Source: Desulfatiglandales bacterium (lineage in GTDB: Bacteria; Desulfobacterota; DSM-4660; Desulfatiglandales; HGW-15). From it: a stretch of DNA of 64,000 nucleotides. The stretch's first letter is position 1; each line of letters begins with the position of its first letter. The DNA is taken from positions 2,432,001 to 2,496,000 of the forward strand of contig CAXXJJ010000004.1 of NCBI GenBank assembly GCA_963667015.2. The letters are read 5' to 3'. This document shows, piece by piece, positions 30,409-40,061 of this stretch. The notes beneath the pieces were generated by a model, which saw only the letters and a program-made list of their open reading frames with translations, had not been told where the DNA came from and did not search any database. The position numbers and the translations under genes are program-made.

Positions 30409-30940
30409 TATTAAACCTGGTTCAAGTGGTGAATCCTTAATTCATGGTAAATTTCTCGAGTTATCTGGTTTAAGTGATGATTAAAAGATTATTATAATAT
30501 GAATTTTACTACTATTAATTCAATTTTTACATACCTCCCATCCATAGGAAATCGTTTCAACCTAAACAGCCAATTATCATAAAGGAATAAGCCTGCTAAA
30601 AGTATGAAAATGAATAAAGACGGTATTTATATTGTTCTTTTTGACATTAACATGGCTGAAAGATTGTTTCTGACATTTACAGGAGATGGACGTCTTAATA
30701 ACACTTTGCCTGGTAGAAAAGGCACACAATATTCTTTTTGTTTTTCTTTAAACATTTTAAAGATTATTTTTGATTTCTAATTGAGGTATAGGATCAAATA
30801 TATTTGTTGTTAATTTATGAATATTAATATATCTACATAATATCAGTAAAATATTGTTATTGCAGGACAATATAACATAGTTGCTTTTAGCATTTTGATA
30901 TGATCCTATTTTTTGTCACGCTCTAAAGGGAAATTTTTGG

Positions 30941-31666
30941 ATGAATACATCTAAAGAAAAAAGATTTGAAAAACTCAGTGAAGATTTTTATCACGTTAAG
31001 TGCGCCTATCCTGATTTTAGTATATTTCAGGGTAAAATTGGTGAAGTTGTAAGAAATTATATTCCTGAAAAATCAGCTGGGAATATCGCAATTGTTGATA
31101 TCGGTTGTGGTTATGGTGCAACAGCAGAAGTTATTTTAAAGTCCAGAAATGATATTAGATTATCTGCAATTGATAATGAATATCAAATGGTCGAAGGTGC
31201 AAAGAGATATTTAGCAAAATGGGATGATACGCCAAAGCTAAAAATAATTGAGGATGATGCCTTGGACTTCTTAAGAAAACTGGAGAATGAAAGTATAGAT
31301 ATTGTAGCATCTGTATTAACTTTACATAATTTTAAAAAATCCTATAGAGATACTCTTCTAATTGAAATTGAGCGAGTATTAAAAAAAAAGGGGATTTTTG
31401 TAAATGCTGATAAGTACGCGCTTGATGACCCTGAAGAACATAACAAATCACTGCATTCGGAATTAGAAAGGTTTTTTGATACATTTTCCCAGTTAAAAAA
31501 ATATGAAGTTTTAAGAGAGTGGGTATTACATCATATAGAAGATCAGTCTCCTATTAGAGTTATGAGCGAGAGGGTATCAATTGAACAACTCAGGGGATTA
31601 AGATTTAAAAATGTAGATATTATATACCGGAATATCATGATAGCTGTTCTCGTTGCACAAAAATAA
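30941..31666 (+). CDS. Class I SAM-dependent methyltransferase
   Basis: VDIGCGYG motif I; DIVASVLTLHN; RVLKKKGIFVNAD. Confidence 0.85.
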   Translation: MNTSKEKRFEKLSEDFYHVKCAYPDFSIFQGKIGEVVRNYIPEKSAGNIAIVDIGCGYGATAEVILKSRNDIRLSAIDNEYQMVEGAKRYLAKWDDTPKLKIIEDDALDFLRKLENESIDIVASVLTLHNFKKSYRDTLLIEIERVLKKKGIFVNADKYALDDPEEHNKSLHSELERFFDTFSQLKKYEVLREWVLHHIEDQSPIRVMSERVSIEQLRGLRFKNVDIIYRNIMIAVLVAQK

Positions 31667-31863
31667 TTTTGATTTAAAATGATTTTTTGTTATCATTGAT
31701 ATCAAATCTGATACCTATGGTAGCATAAAATGAATTATTGGTAACTTCCCTATTTCCTTAAAGAACAAGTTGAAAATAATATATTGTGTGTAATTAATTG
31801 ATATATCAACTCATTTTATATAATCTCATTTATGCCTGACAAAAAATCTAAGACTAGGATAGA

Positions 31864-31879
31864 TGGCATATATTTTGCT
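31864..31879 (+). promoter_or_regulatory. Sigma54 -24/-12 promoter
   Basis: TGGCATATATTTTGCT (GG-N10-GC) about 50 bp upstream of 31930. Confidence 0.65.
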
Positions 31880-31929
31880 CTAATTAAAATGTTAACATAA
31901 ATCTGACTTTAATTATTTGGGGGATCAAA

Positions 31930-32844
31930 ATGAAAAACCATATGGTTATTTTAAAAAACAAGTTATTTCTTATTTGTTTAGTAATAATTTTTTCGTTATC
32001 TTTTTTTTCAGGGTGTGATCAGCTAAACTCATCCCAGAATGCCTCTTCAAAAAATGAGATTAAAGTCGAAAAAGAATCTACTTATGATAGAGTAATAAAA
32101 AATGGAAAAATTCGAGTTGGATACGTAAGTGTTCCACCAGGTTGTATAGTTGATCCTGCAACTGGCGAAAAAACCGGTATTACTGTGGATATCCTGAGAG
32201 AAATTGCAAAAAATACAGGCCTTGATATTGAATTTACCGAAGAGGTTGGTTGGGGAACAATGATACAAGGGTTGGATGCCGGACGTTATGATATGATTGG
32301 TTCAAATACGTGGGCCAATCCTGTGCGAGGTAAATTAGCAACCCTTTCAAAACCAATCTACTACAGTGGTATAGGTATATGGGTTCGATCAGATGATGAA
32401 AGGTTTAATGAAAAAGATAGTTGGTCATCAATTAATACCCCTGATACACGCTTAGGTGTTATGGACGGATCAACTGGTGAAGTTATTGCCACAACCCAGT
32501 TCCCGAATGCAAAGCATGTAACGTATACGGACCTTACCGGAGAACCACAGCTTTTCCTGGAGTTGACTGCAAACAAAGTAGACATTGTATTTGCTGAGCC
32601 CGTACAGGGCTTGGATTATCTTAAAAGTAATCCTGGAAAAATAAAAAACATTGCGGCTGCTTCACCTATTCGAATTTTTGCTAATGTTTATCTAATGCCT
32701 AAAAAAGAATTTCAGTTAAAGGGTATGGTTGATGTCGCTCTTGAAAGCCTTCAGAATAGCGGTTTTGTAGACCAGGTTCTTAAAAAATATGAGCCAGGGC
32801 CACACGTTTACTACAGAGTCGCCCGGCCATTTAAGGCGGATTAA
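31930..32844 (+). CDS. Polar amino acid ABC transporter substrate-binding lipoprotein
   Basis: FSGC lipobox; GKIRVGY, WGTMIQGLDAGRYDMI (SBP_bac_3 pattern). Confidence 0.88.
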   Translation: MKNHMVILKNKLFLICLVIIFSLSFFSGCDQLNSSQNASSKNEIKVEKESTYDRVIKNGKIRVGYVSVPPGCIVDPATGEKTGITVDILREIAKNTGLDIEFTEEVGWGTMIQGLDAGRYDMIGSNTWANPVRGKLATLSKPIYYSGIGIWVRSDDERFNEKDSWSSINTPDTRLGVMDGSTGEVIATTQFPNAKHVTYTDLTGEPQLFLELTANKVDIVFAEPVQGLDYLKSNPGKIKNIAAASPIRIFANVYLMPKKEFQLKGMVDVALESLQNSGFVDQVLKKYEPGPHVYYRVARPFKAD

Positions 32845-32887
32845 TAAGTTTTGATATAAATACAAAAGGTTAATTTGGTGAAAAACA

Positions 32888-33505
32888 ATGAAATCAATAG
32901 TTCAAAAATATTTAGCCCAAAAGGTTCTGGAAGATATTAGAGAAGGTCAAAATATTCCGGAAAATCTAATTATAGAGTTTGATAAGTATCCGATTATTGA
33001 TTTTATTAGAGCCGATGTAATAGCTGATGATATTCCCATCATTGTTAATAGGTATATCAACTCAAGTGAAGATGGTTATACAGCATTTGGAATAAGTGCT
33101 CTCAGAGGTCAAAGAGATAGTGAGCCTGTAAAAAAATTACTTTTTGATCTGTGGCATCAAGATGAAGATTTTAACAAAAAATTCAAAACTATGTTCAGGC
33201 TGTTGGATTACGAAGATTTGGATATATCAATACATGAAGATATGTATGATTTTGTTTTATCAAACTGGGATAAGTGGGTGGATGGTGTAATAAAATATTT
33301 TGGCGATGATGAGTTTCTTAGTAAAATTAAAAAGAGAATCAGCAACAAAGATTTTCCGGAAACGAAACTCTGGATTCGTTTATGTCAATGCATGGCTTCA
33401 CCTGATAAACACGAAGTAAAAAAAATACTCGCTCAATATAAAGATTCGACAGCACCACTTGTTCAAAAAGTTGTAAAAGATTTAGAACAAAAATTAAAGG
33501 AATAA
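32888..33505 (+). CDS. Hypothetical helical protein inside the ABC operon
   Basis: 205-aa ORF between the SBP and permease genes, same strand. Confidence 0.6.
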   Translation: MKSIVQKYLAQKVLEDIREGQNIPENLIIEFDKYPIIDFIRADVIADDIPIIVNRYINSSEDGYTAFGISALRGQRDSEPVKKLLFDLWHQDEDFNKKFKTMFRLLDYEDLDISIHEDMYDFVLSNWDKWVDGVIKYFGDDEFLSKIKKRISNKDFPETKLWIRLCQCMASPDKHEVKKILAQYKDSTAPLVQKVVKDLEQKLKE

Positions 33506-33561
33506 TAAGCCGCCTAATTGGCTTTATAAATATATAATAAAATAATAATTGAGTTAACTCA

Positions 33562-34224
33562 TTGAGTACTATTCAGATTTTTCAACAATATAGCGGCAGC
33601 ATGTTGCGTGGCCTGCAGGTAACGCTTAATCTCTGCCTCATTATATGGTCGTCTGGTATCATATTGGGGACAACCCTGGGCATAGCCGGTGCACGATGGA
33701 AGTTTATTGCCATACCATCGAAGGTATGTTCAATTATTTTGGCAGGTGTTCCCGCGCTGGTATTTTTATTCTGGATGCATTATCCTTTTCAGACGCTCCT
33801 CAATATTGTCATTGATCCCTTTATAACCGCAGCGGTTTCACTCTCAATCATAAATATATTTTTAGTATCTGATCTTGTTAGGGGAATAATAAATGATTTT
33901 CCAACCCAGTATGTATGGGCCGCGAAGGTTTCCGGACTAACCGAAACTGAAATCAATCTTCATATCAAACTTCCCATAATACTCAGGCAGGTAATCCCCA
34001 GTCTCTTACTGATCCAGATAACAATGCTTCAAACTACATTATTCGCGAGTCTTATTTCAGTTGATGAAATATTTCGCATCGCACAGAGAATAAATTCGCT
34101 GGTATATAAACCAGTACCAATATATACCTTGCTTGCTTTATTCTTTATTGGTGTATGTGTGCCTTTGTTTGGGTTGGCCCATTATTTACGTAAGCGGTTC
34201 ACCAGAGATTTATCAGAAAGATAG
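33562..34224 (+). CDS. Amino acid ABC transporter permease
   Basis: GLQVTL...; EAA-like loop QYVWAAKVSGL; LQTTLFASLISV. Confidence 0.85.
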   Translation: MSTIQIFQQYSGSMLRGLQVTLNLCLIIWSSGIILGTTLGIAGARWKFIAIPSKVCSIILAGVPALVFLFWMHYPFQTLLNIVIDPFITAAVSLSIINIFLVSDLVRGIINDFPTQYVWAAKVSGLTETEINLHIKLPIILRQVIPSLLLIQITMLQTTLFASLISVDEIFRIAQRINSLVYKPVPIYTLLALFFIGVCVPLFGLAHYLRKRFTRDLSER

Positions 34225-34235
34225 GCGAAGACGAT

Positions 34236-34982
34236 ATGCATCAATCAGAATCAAATCTGCGGGCTATTAACATAAGTAAATCATACGGGTCATTGCAGGC
34301 CTTAAAAGACGTTAACATTGACATAAATCCCGGCACAATTACAACCCTGATAGGGCCAAGCGGAAGCGGCAAAAGCACACTGTTAAAGGCATTATCATTG
34401 CTTGAGTATCCTGATGAAGGGACCGTGTCATTAAACGGCAATAACTATGTTTTTAAAAATGGTAAAGGAGATGTGACACCTGTACCCTGGCCGGATATTA
34501 CTGTAGTATTTCAGCAACTTTTTTTATGGCCTCATTTAACACTGAAACAGAATATTCTTCTCCCTTTAAAAAAGAGGGGAATAAAGAAAGATGACAAAAC
34601 AGTAAATGAATTAATAGATCAGCTAGAAATGGCAACCTTTGCTGACCGGTATCCAAATGAAGTATCGATAGGTCAACGTCAACTCGCAGCTATTGCCAGA
34701 GCAATTTCTCTTAATCCTAAATTCCTTCTTCTTGATGAAATTACTTCTGCTCTTGATATCGAATATGTAAGTAAAATTTTATCAAAGCTGGATCAATTGA
34801 AGAATGAAGGAATTGGTATTCTATTAATTACACACATTATCGGGTTTGCCAAAAGGAATGCTGATCAGGTTGTTTTTTTAGATGGAGGTAATGTTGTTGA
34901 ATCTGGTGGAGTCGAGATATTAGCTAACCCCAAGAGTGATCGAATGAAAGAATTTTTATCACTCATGATTTCTGCACATTAG
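34236..34982 (+). CDS. Amino acid ABC transporter ATP-binding protein
   Basis: GPSGSGKST, VFQQ, VSIGQ (variant signature), LLDEITSALD, LITH. Confidence 0.9.
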   Translation: MHQSESNLRAINISKSYGSLQALKDVNIDINPGTITTLIGPSGSGKSTLLKALSLLEYPDEGTVSLNGNNYVFKNGKGDVTPVPWPDITVVFQQLFLWPHLTLKQNILLPLKKRGIKKDDKTVNELIDQLEMATFADRYPNEVSIGQRQLAAIARAISLNPKFLLLDEITSALDIEYVSKILSKLDQLKNEGIGILLITHIIGFAKRNADQVVFLDGGNVVESGGVEILANPKSDRMKEFLSLMISAH

Positions 34983-35008
34983 TTTTTCATTATAGGAGAT
35001 CTATTTTT

Positions 35009-37177
35009 GTGTGTAAATCTAGTGAAATAAATAACACCCAAAATGATTTTGAAAGCAAATACTTGGAGTGGAGTTTGTACCTCCAAAGAGGCAGAAATGA
35101 ATGTATAAAAATATTAGATAGGGCCTTTTTAAAGAAGGAGGATTCAAAAAAGTTTTCGAAAAAAGAATTTTCACACCTTCTTTCAGTAATTATTAAAAAA
35201 GCTGGGACATATTTAGGATACTTTTTATATAATATATGGGACTATGAAGGAATACCCCGTAAAAATCGATGTTTTTATATATGGCCAGGATATTATAGTT
35301 ATTCCCCTTATCAGGGTAGACGAACTGATGCTGCGGACCAAGAAGACGATATTGATGCTTTAAACACCAAAAAACTAAGCAAACTAAGAAATAAAATAAT
35401 TCAATCATCAAAAAACCATGGTTTTGGGATGTATTGGAAAACTAGTAGATTCAATGACGGTGAGAATATTTTTGTCTTTCCATTATCTATCTGGTTTTTC
35501 TTGTTTTATGGGAAAAAAATTGGGGATAATGAGGTATATGGTTTTACAAAATGGTTTAAAGATAATGGGCCTTTGTATGTAAAGAATAATAATAGAACAA
35601 TATTCCCTTTATCTACAATTGAGATAACAACAGATAAAAAAAGAAAAAAAGATAAGTATTTTTTTCATAAAGGGTTCCTCTCTATTTATCTTCAAAAACA
35701 AAAAGGTACTAATGCAGTAAATTTATTAGATGATTTTAAAAAGTCTCTTAATGAAATAACTTTCTATAAAATAAAAGATAATAAGAAAGAGGCTATTCAT
35801 AAAATTAGTTATACTCGCTATAAAGCTGAGGAATACCCTTCTTATAGTATCGTACCTGAAGATAATGAGCATGTTAAAAAAGCTTTGATTTCAGCTTTTT
35901 CATTCCTATGGCATTCAATATTTTATGGGCATACTGGCAATATAAACTACAAGATTAAAGAGGGAAAAGAGACACAAGATGAAATAGTAAACGAAAGTAT
36001 AATATCCATTAATAATGAAGTTAAAAATGCTGTAAAATTGTTTGAACTTTTTCAAAAGAACAATAGGTATAAAAATATTCATTTTGAAAATTATTATGTA
36101 TTTCCAATTAATACTGGATTTTCTATCAAAAACAGTGAAATTGAAATAAATGATTTTCTTGGCACTATGAATTTGTACACTATGCATGCAATTAAACCAA
36201 TCTACCTTAACATGATCAAAAAGTTTCTTGATTCAATCTATGATCAGGTTCGCCTAATTGATGTGACTATTAGTGTTGAAAAAAGTGGGATAAAAAAAGG
36301 GCAAAGTACTTCGAGCGGAGCATTTGCACATGAAATAAAACATGTCGCAGAGGCTATGTTAGAAAATTGGTGTTTAAGTCTTGAAGACCTTTTTGATATT
36401 AAATTTACTACTAAGATGACTGATGGATTAGATAAAATAGGATATTTAGAACTTTATAATAAAGATATTGATAATTTTGGAATTTTTCCAATTAAAAGTA
36501 TGCTTCAAAACACATCAAACTTGATAAAGTTATGGTGTCTAAGAACCGATAATGAAGATCTACCTTTTGATGAACGACCTGAAAACTTTAAAGAATTTAT
36601 TCAATGTACTTTTAAAAGTACAATCGAATTCCTTATTATACACCTTGTCAGTCATCATGATCCTAATAATTACACAAAAATATTAGAGACTGAAAACATT
36701 ATCAAGATACTGCGCGAAGTATTACAGTCAATTGATTTAAGGATTAATGATAATGATGAAAAAATAGATTGGAGTAAGAATTCGCAAATGGTTTGGGTGG
36801 GAAGGGTATTCACGTCCTCTTTTATGAATTTTTTTATTCATGGTGATATATCAGAGGGGCTTGATGTCGATCTTTCTAGCACTCTTAAGGAAAACAATAT
36901 CTCTTTGTATGAATGTAGGCTGAAGGATAAGCCTAAGTCTGATTCTACTAACATAAAGCAATGGCTATTAAAAAATTATAATAATACTGAATTAGATATT
37001 ATAATGAAATATTTAGATAAGATAAATACTAGAGTAGAAACTGCATATTCTGAAAATTTTACAGGTAGAGAAGTCATGGAGTTATGTTTGACGAAATTGA
37101 ATGGGAATATAGATGAATATTGGATACATAATAGTGACTATACTATTAGTATTTTTAAATTTCACTTTCAATATTAA
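35009..37177 (+). CDS. Hypothetical protein with divergent histidine-kinase-like C-terminus
   Basis: AFAHEIKH (H-box-like) and FMNFFIHG (N-box-like); no canonical G boxes. Confidence 0.55.
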   Translation: MCKSSEINNTQNDFESKYLEWSLYLQRGRNECIKILDRAFLKKEDSKKFSKKEFSHLLSVIIKKAGTYLGYFLYNIWDYEGIPRKNRCFYIWPGYYSYSPYQGRRTDAADQEDDIDALNTKKLSKLRNKIIQSSKNHGFGMYWKTSRFNDGENIFVFPLSIWFFLFYGKKIGDNEVYGFTKWFKDNGPLYVKNNNRTIFPLSTIEITTDKKRKKDKYFFHKGFLSIYLQKQKGTNAVNLLDDFKKSLNEITFYKIKDNKKEAIHKISYTRYKAEEYPSYSIVPEDNEHVKKALISAFSFLWHSIFYGHTGNINYKIKEGKETQDEIVNESIISINNEVKNAVKLFELFQKNNRYKNIHFENYYVFPINTGFSIKNSEIEINDFLGTMNLYTMHAIKPIYLNMIKKFLDSIYDQVRLIDVTISVEKSGIKKGQSTSSGAFAHEIKHVAEAMLENWCLSLEDLFDIKFTTKMTDGLDKIGYLELYNKDIDNFGIFPIKSMLQNTSNLIKLWCLRTDNEDLPFDERPENFKEFIQCTFKSTIEFLIIHLVSHHDPNNYTKILETENIIKILREVLQSIDLRINDNDEKIDWSKNSQMVWVGRVFTSSFMNFFIHGDISEGLDVDLSSTLKENNISLYECRLKDKPKSDSTNIKQWLLKNYNNTELDIIMKYLDKINTRVETAYSENFTGREVMELCLTKLNGNIDEYWIHNSDYTISIFKFHFQY

Positions 37178-37199
37178 TAGATACTGATCGGAGGATAGA

Positions 37200-38519
37200 G
37201 TGGACTTCGCTCTTGTTGAAGATAGACAAAAAGCTCATAATAATTTAAATGAATTTTTAAAAAACAACACGATAGACCTTAGGTATAATACTGATTTATC
37301 CAAACCAATAGGTAGTGTTGACGATTTGAAAGATTTAATAAAAAAAATAAAAATATTTCGAGGTGGTTTAGTTGCATTAGTTGATCTTGGATTAGATACG
37401 TCAGACAAAATTTATAAACCGTTCAGAGAAGAATACCAAATTCCGTATGTTTTTGATGAGGAGCGTATTGACGATACTAGGGTTGAAGGTATTGGTGTAA
37501 CTTTAGAAATCATTAAAAATAAGAACATATCGCCTGCAGTCATACTAATTGCATCAGCAGGGCCTAACATTGATACTGTATATGATTTTATAATAAGCAA
37601 AATACCAGATGATAGAAAAAAAAATATAAAAGTCTATCGTGCTAAATATGCCGTTACTGCTAGGTATGATAGGGCTGAAGAAACAATTAAACAAGCTATT
37701 GAACTATACCATCGAGAATTTGGAGATGAAATTAATTTTTTTCTAAATCCTCCTCAACTGGAATTAAGTAATGCTTATACCGCTTGGTTCGTTGGTGAGT
37801 ACCATGATGAAAAATCTGAAGCTTTTAAAATCCAATATGACGCAATCAATAATCGATTTCCCAATGTAGAAACACCTCAATGTGCCAAGGCATTATTTAA
37901 TTGCAATTATATTGATAAAGATAAAAAAAGTAGATGTAAAGCTAATTTAAGTATTACAAAAAAAGGATATAAAGTTTCTCCTGATGCATTAAAAGACTTT
38001 TTGTCACCAATGAATATTGAAATTGATGAGGATATATCTCTTCCGGTTGAGCCTGGTTTACCGTTTATTATTGCTGTAAAAAAATTTATTAACGCTCTAA
38101 ATCATGATTCGGCACCAATTGCTACACTTAGAAAAGAGACAGTAACGTTAATAAAGGGAAAGAAAGATATAATTGTACTTGGTGTAGAATCCAACTGGTC
38201 AAAATATGAGTTGATGGAAAATTTTTTAATTACAACCGCAATGGAAACTAATAAAATTGTTTTTAAGGAATTAAATATAATAAACAATGATTTATTTAAT
38301 CAGATTAAAAATATTAATTTTTTTAAGTTACCAAATATTTTTAATGATCAAAGAATTAGAGGCGGAATAGCCGCAGACGCTTTATTCAAAGCCTGTTTTT
38401 CTCAAATATATTTTGATTTTCAAAGTGATAAAAGTGCTCCCTGTCAGTTATTACAAGGAACAAATAGAATAATAGCATTCCCATATATAACAGATAATTT
38501 TATTGGTGTTACTTGGTAA
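37200..38519 (+). CDS. Hypothetical protein with receiver-like N-terminus
   Basis: GGAGG RBS; FALVED, ALVDLGL, VILIAS. Confidence 0.55.
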   Translation: MDFALVEDRQKAHNNLNEFLKNNTIDLRYNTDLSKPIGSVDDLKDLIKKIKIFRGGLVALVDLGLDTSDKIYKPFREEYQIPYVFDEERIDDTRVEGIGVTLEIIKNKNISPAVILIASAGPNIDTVYDFIISKIPDDRKKNIKVYRAKYAVTARYDRAEETIKQAIELYHREFGDEINFFLNPPQLELSNAYTAWFVGEYHDEKSEAFKIQYDAINNRFPNVETPQCAKALFNCNYIDKDKKSRCKANLSITKKGYKVSPDALKDFLSPMNIEIDEDISLPVEPGLPFIIAVKKFINALNHDSAPIATLRKETVTLIKGKKDIIVLGVESNWSKYELMENFLITTAMETNKIVFKELNIINNDLFNQIKNINFFKLPNIFNDQRIRGGIAADALFKACFSQIYFDFQSDKSAPCQLLQGTNRIIAFPYITDNFIGVTW

Positions 38520-38548
38520 AATAAATTCAATTTTTTAGGTATCAAATA

Positions 38549-39496
38549 ATGAGGAATTATAGAGTATTGTATTATAATCAGAACGAAAATAATGTTCCAA
38601 TTGTTAATACAATTGAAAGTATTTTTGATAAAGTTGATGACTATACAAATATTGTTGGAAAGGACCCTGAGGATATATATAGATGGTTAAAAGAATATGA
38701 TTTTGCAATTTTTCATGGGATGCCAAAAATCAATAAAGATAATCGTTCCTATAATGGTAAGTTACCCTATATCGATTGGTATGAACAATTATCGGATACT
38801 AATAAAGATTCAACTAAAGGATTAATTGTACTATTTATAACTTCTGGAATAAATAACCGTAAACAAATAAAAGTTAATTTCAAAGGAGGCGTACGTTATT
38901 TATTACCAATAAAAAATGCTAATAATAGCGGTTTAATAGGAGTAGAACAAGAAGATAACTGGAAACGGTTTCTTCAAATTCTCAGTGATTCAAATATTTT
39001 AAACGCGTATTTTCAAGGCATTACTGATAAAGATGGCGTTGATGAATTGAAAATATATTTAGAGGATAAAAAGCCGGCTGTATTTCTAACATCGTTGACT
39101 ATTCTTTTTCAAATGTTCCTTGCTGCCCACACGCCACCAGCTAAAAATGATTGCAAAGTTTCTGAGGTGTTATCTGAAATCGGATGGTGGGCGTTTTGTA
39201 GGCAACAGGCGAATAGTGACCTTTTAAGGAAAGTTCAAAGTAAACGTGTGTTAACCGAATCATCTGATTGGTACGAGCCACTTAGAAAGCATTATAAAAT
39301 AGAAAAATTTATTAAAAAAATTGATGCAGAAATCGATATGATACCAGATAATATTAAATCCAGTATTAATACTGAAGCATTTAAAGTAAGAATGAAGAAT
39401 TTAATAACAAACATTTTTAAAAATACTAATCTTGATACAGATTCTCATATTGAATCAATTGCAGATATATATACTGATTTGAAGAAATTTGTGTAA
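38549..39496 (+). CDS. Hypothetical protein (possible degenerate receiver fold)
   Basis: RVLYY...YDFAIFH...IVLFITSG beta/alpha pattern; co-oriented in the operon. Confidence 0.5.
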   Translation: MRNYRVLYYNQNENNVPIVNTIESIFDKVDDYTNIVGKDPEDIYRWLKEYDFAIFHGMPKINKDNRSYNGKLPYIDWYEQLSDTNKDSTKGLIVLFITSGINNRKQIKVNFKGGVRYLLPIKNANNSGLIGVEQEDNWKRFLQILSDSNILNAYFQGITDKDGVDELKIYLEDKKPAVFLTSLTILFQMFLAAHTPPAKNDCKVSEVLSEIGWWAFCRQQANSDLLRKVQSKRVLTESSDWYEPLRKHYKIEKFIKKIDAEIDMIPDNIKSSINTEAFKVRMKNLITNIFKNTNLDTDSHIESIADIYTDLKKFV

Positions 39497-39530
39497 TGAT
39501 TCCTTATGTTTTTTATTATTGGGTGTGTAA

Positions 39531-40061
39531 ATGAATACTTGGCAAAAACGTCGAATTGAATTTAATCATGATTGGATGAAAAATAAATATCTAATCAGCA
39601 TGGATGCTTTTATTGTTCGTATGCATGACCTTAAAGAATCATCCGGAGTGAGCGAGCGTTTGGAGGAATTTATTAATAACCGTTTCTTCGAATGGGATAA
39701 TCATAAAAAGGATGCGGAATGGCTTATTGAAAATTATGAACATCAGATGTCTCCTAAGGTGTGCTTGAATTCTGATATTTTAAAGTACTACTCTGAGGAA
39801 GATAAGGAGTGGATGGGAGAACTGATTCATAAATTATGGTTGATAAGAAATCCTGTTGATGAATGGATTGATGATAGTAATGAAGCCTTTAATAAAGTGG
39901 AAAAATTATTCCAGGATATAAAGGCTCAGTTAAGTCGGCATAAACAACATAATGCTAAGTATCTCTTGTCCATGAAAGCTGTCTTTGAGAATTTCTGTGA
40001 AGCCTGTATAAATTTCTCAGAAACAATTAGTCAATTTCCTAACAAATATTTAGTGGCATGA
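39531..40061 (+). CDS. Hypothetical helical protein with H-box-like motif
   Basis: RRIEFNHDWMKN; ATGA overlap with the next gene. Confidence 0.55.
   Translation: MNTWQKRRIEFNHDWMKNKYLISMDAFIVRMHDLKESSGVSERLEEFINNRFFEWDNHKKDAEWLIENYEHQMSPKVCLNSDILKYYSEEDKEWMGELIHKLWLIRNPVDEWIDDSNEAFNKVEKLFQDIKAQLSRHKQHNAKYLLSMKAVFENFCEACINFSETISQFPNKYLVA

Larger units (their letters stand above)
29132..30484 (+). pseudogene. C-terminal gene remnant (resembles a DGQHR-protein C-terminus) interrupted by IS630
   Basis: NILNRTNGFKGLMRFLRNAY...FFTTDNI joins in frame to KPGSSGESLIHGKFLELSGLSDD* once the IS and one TA are removed. Confidence 0.55.

Noticed and set aside
29101..30440. ORFs 29101-29322 (-), 29541-30065 (+) and 30072-30440 (+)
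   Set aside because: Antisense shadows of the gene remnant and the IS630 transposase.
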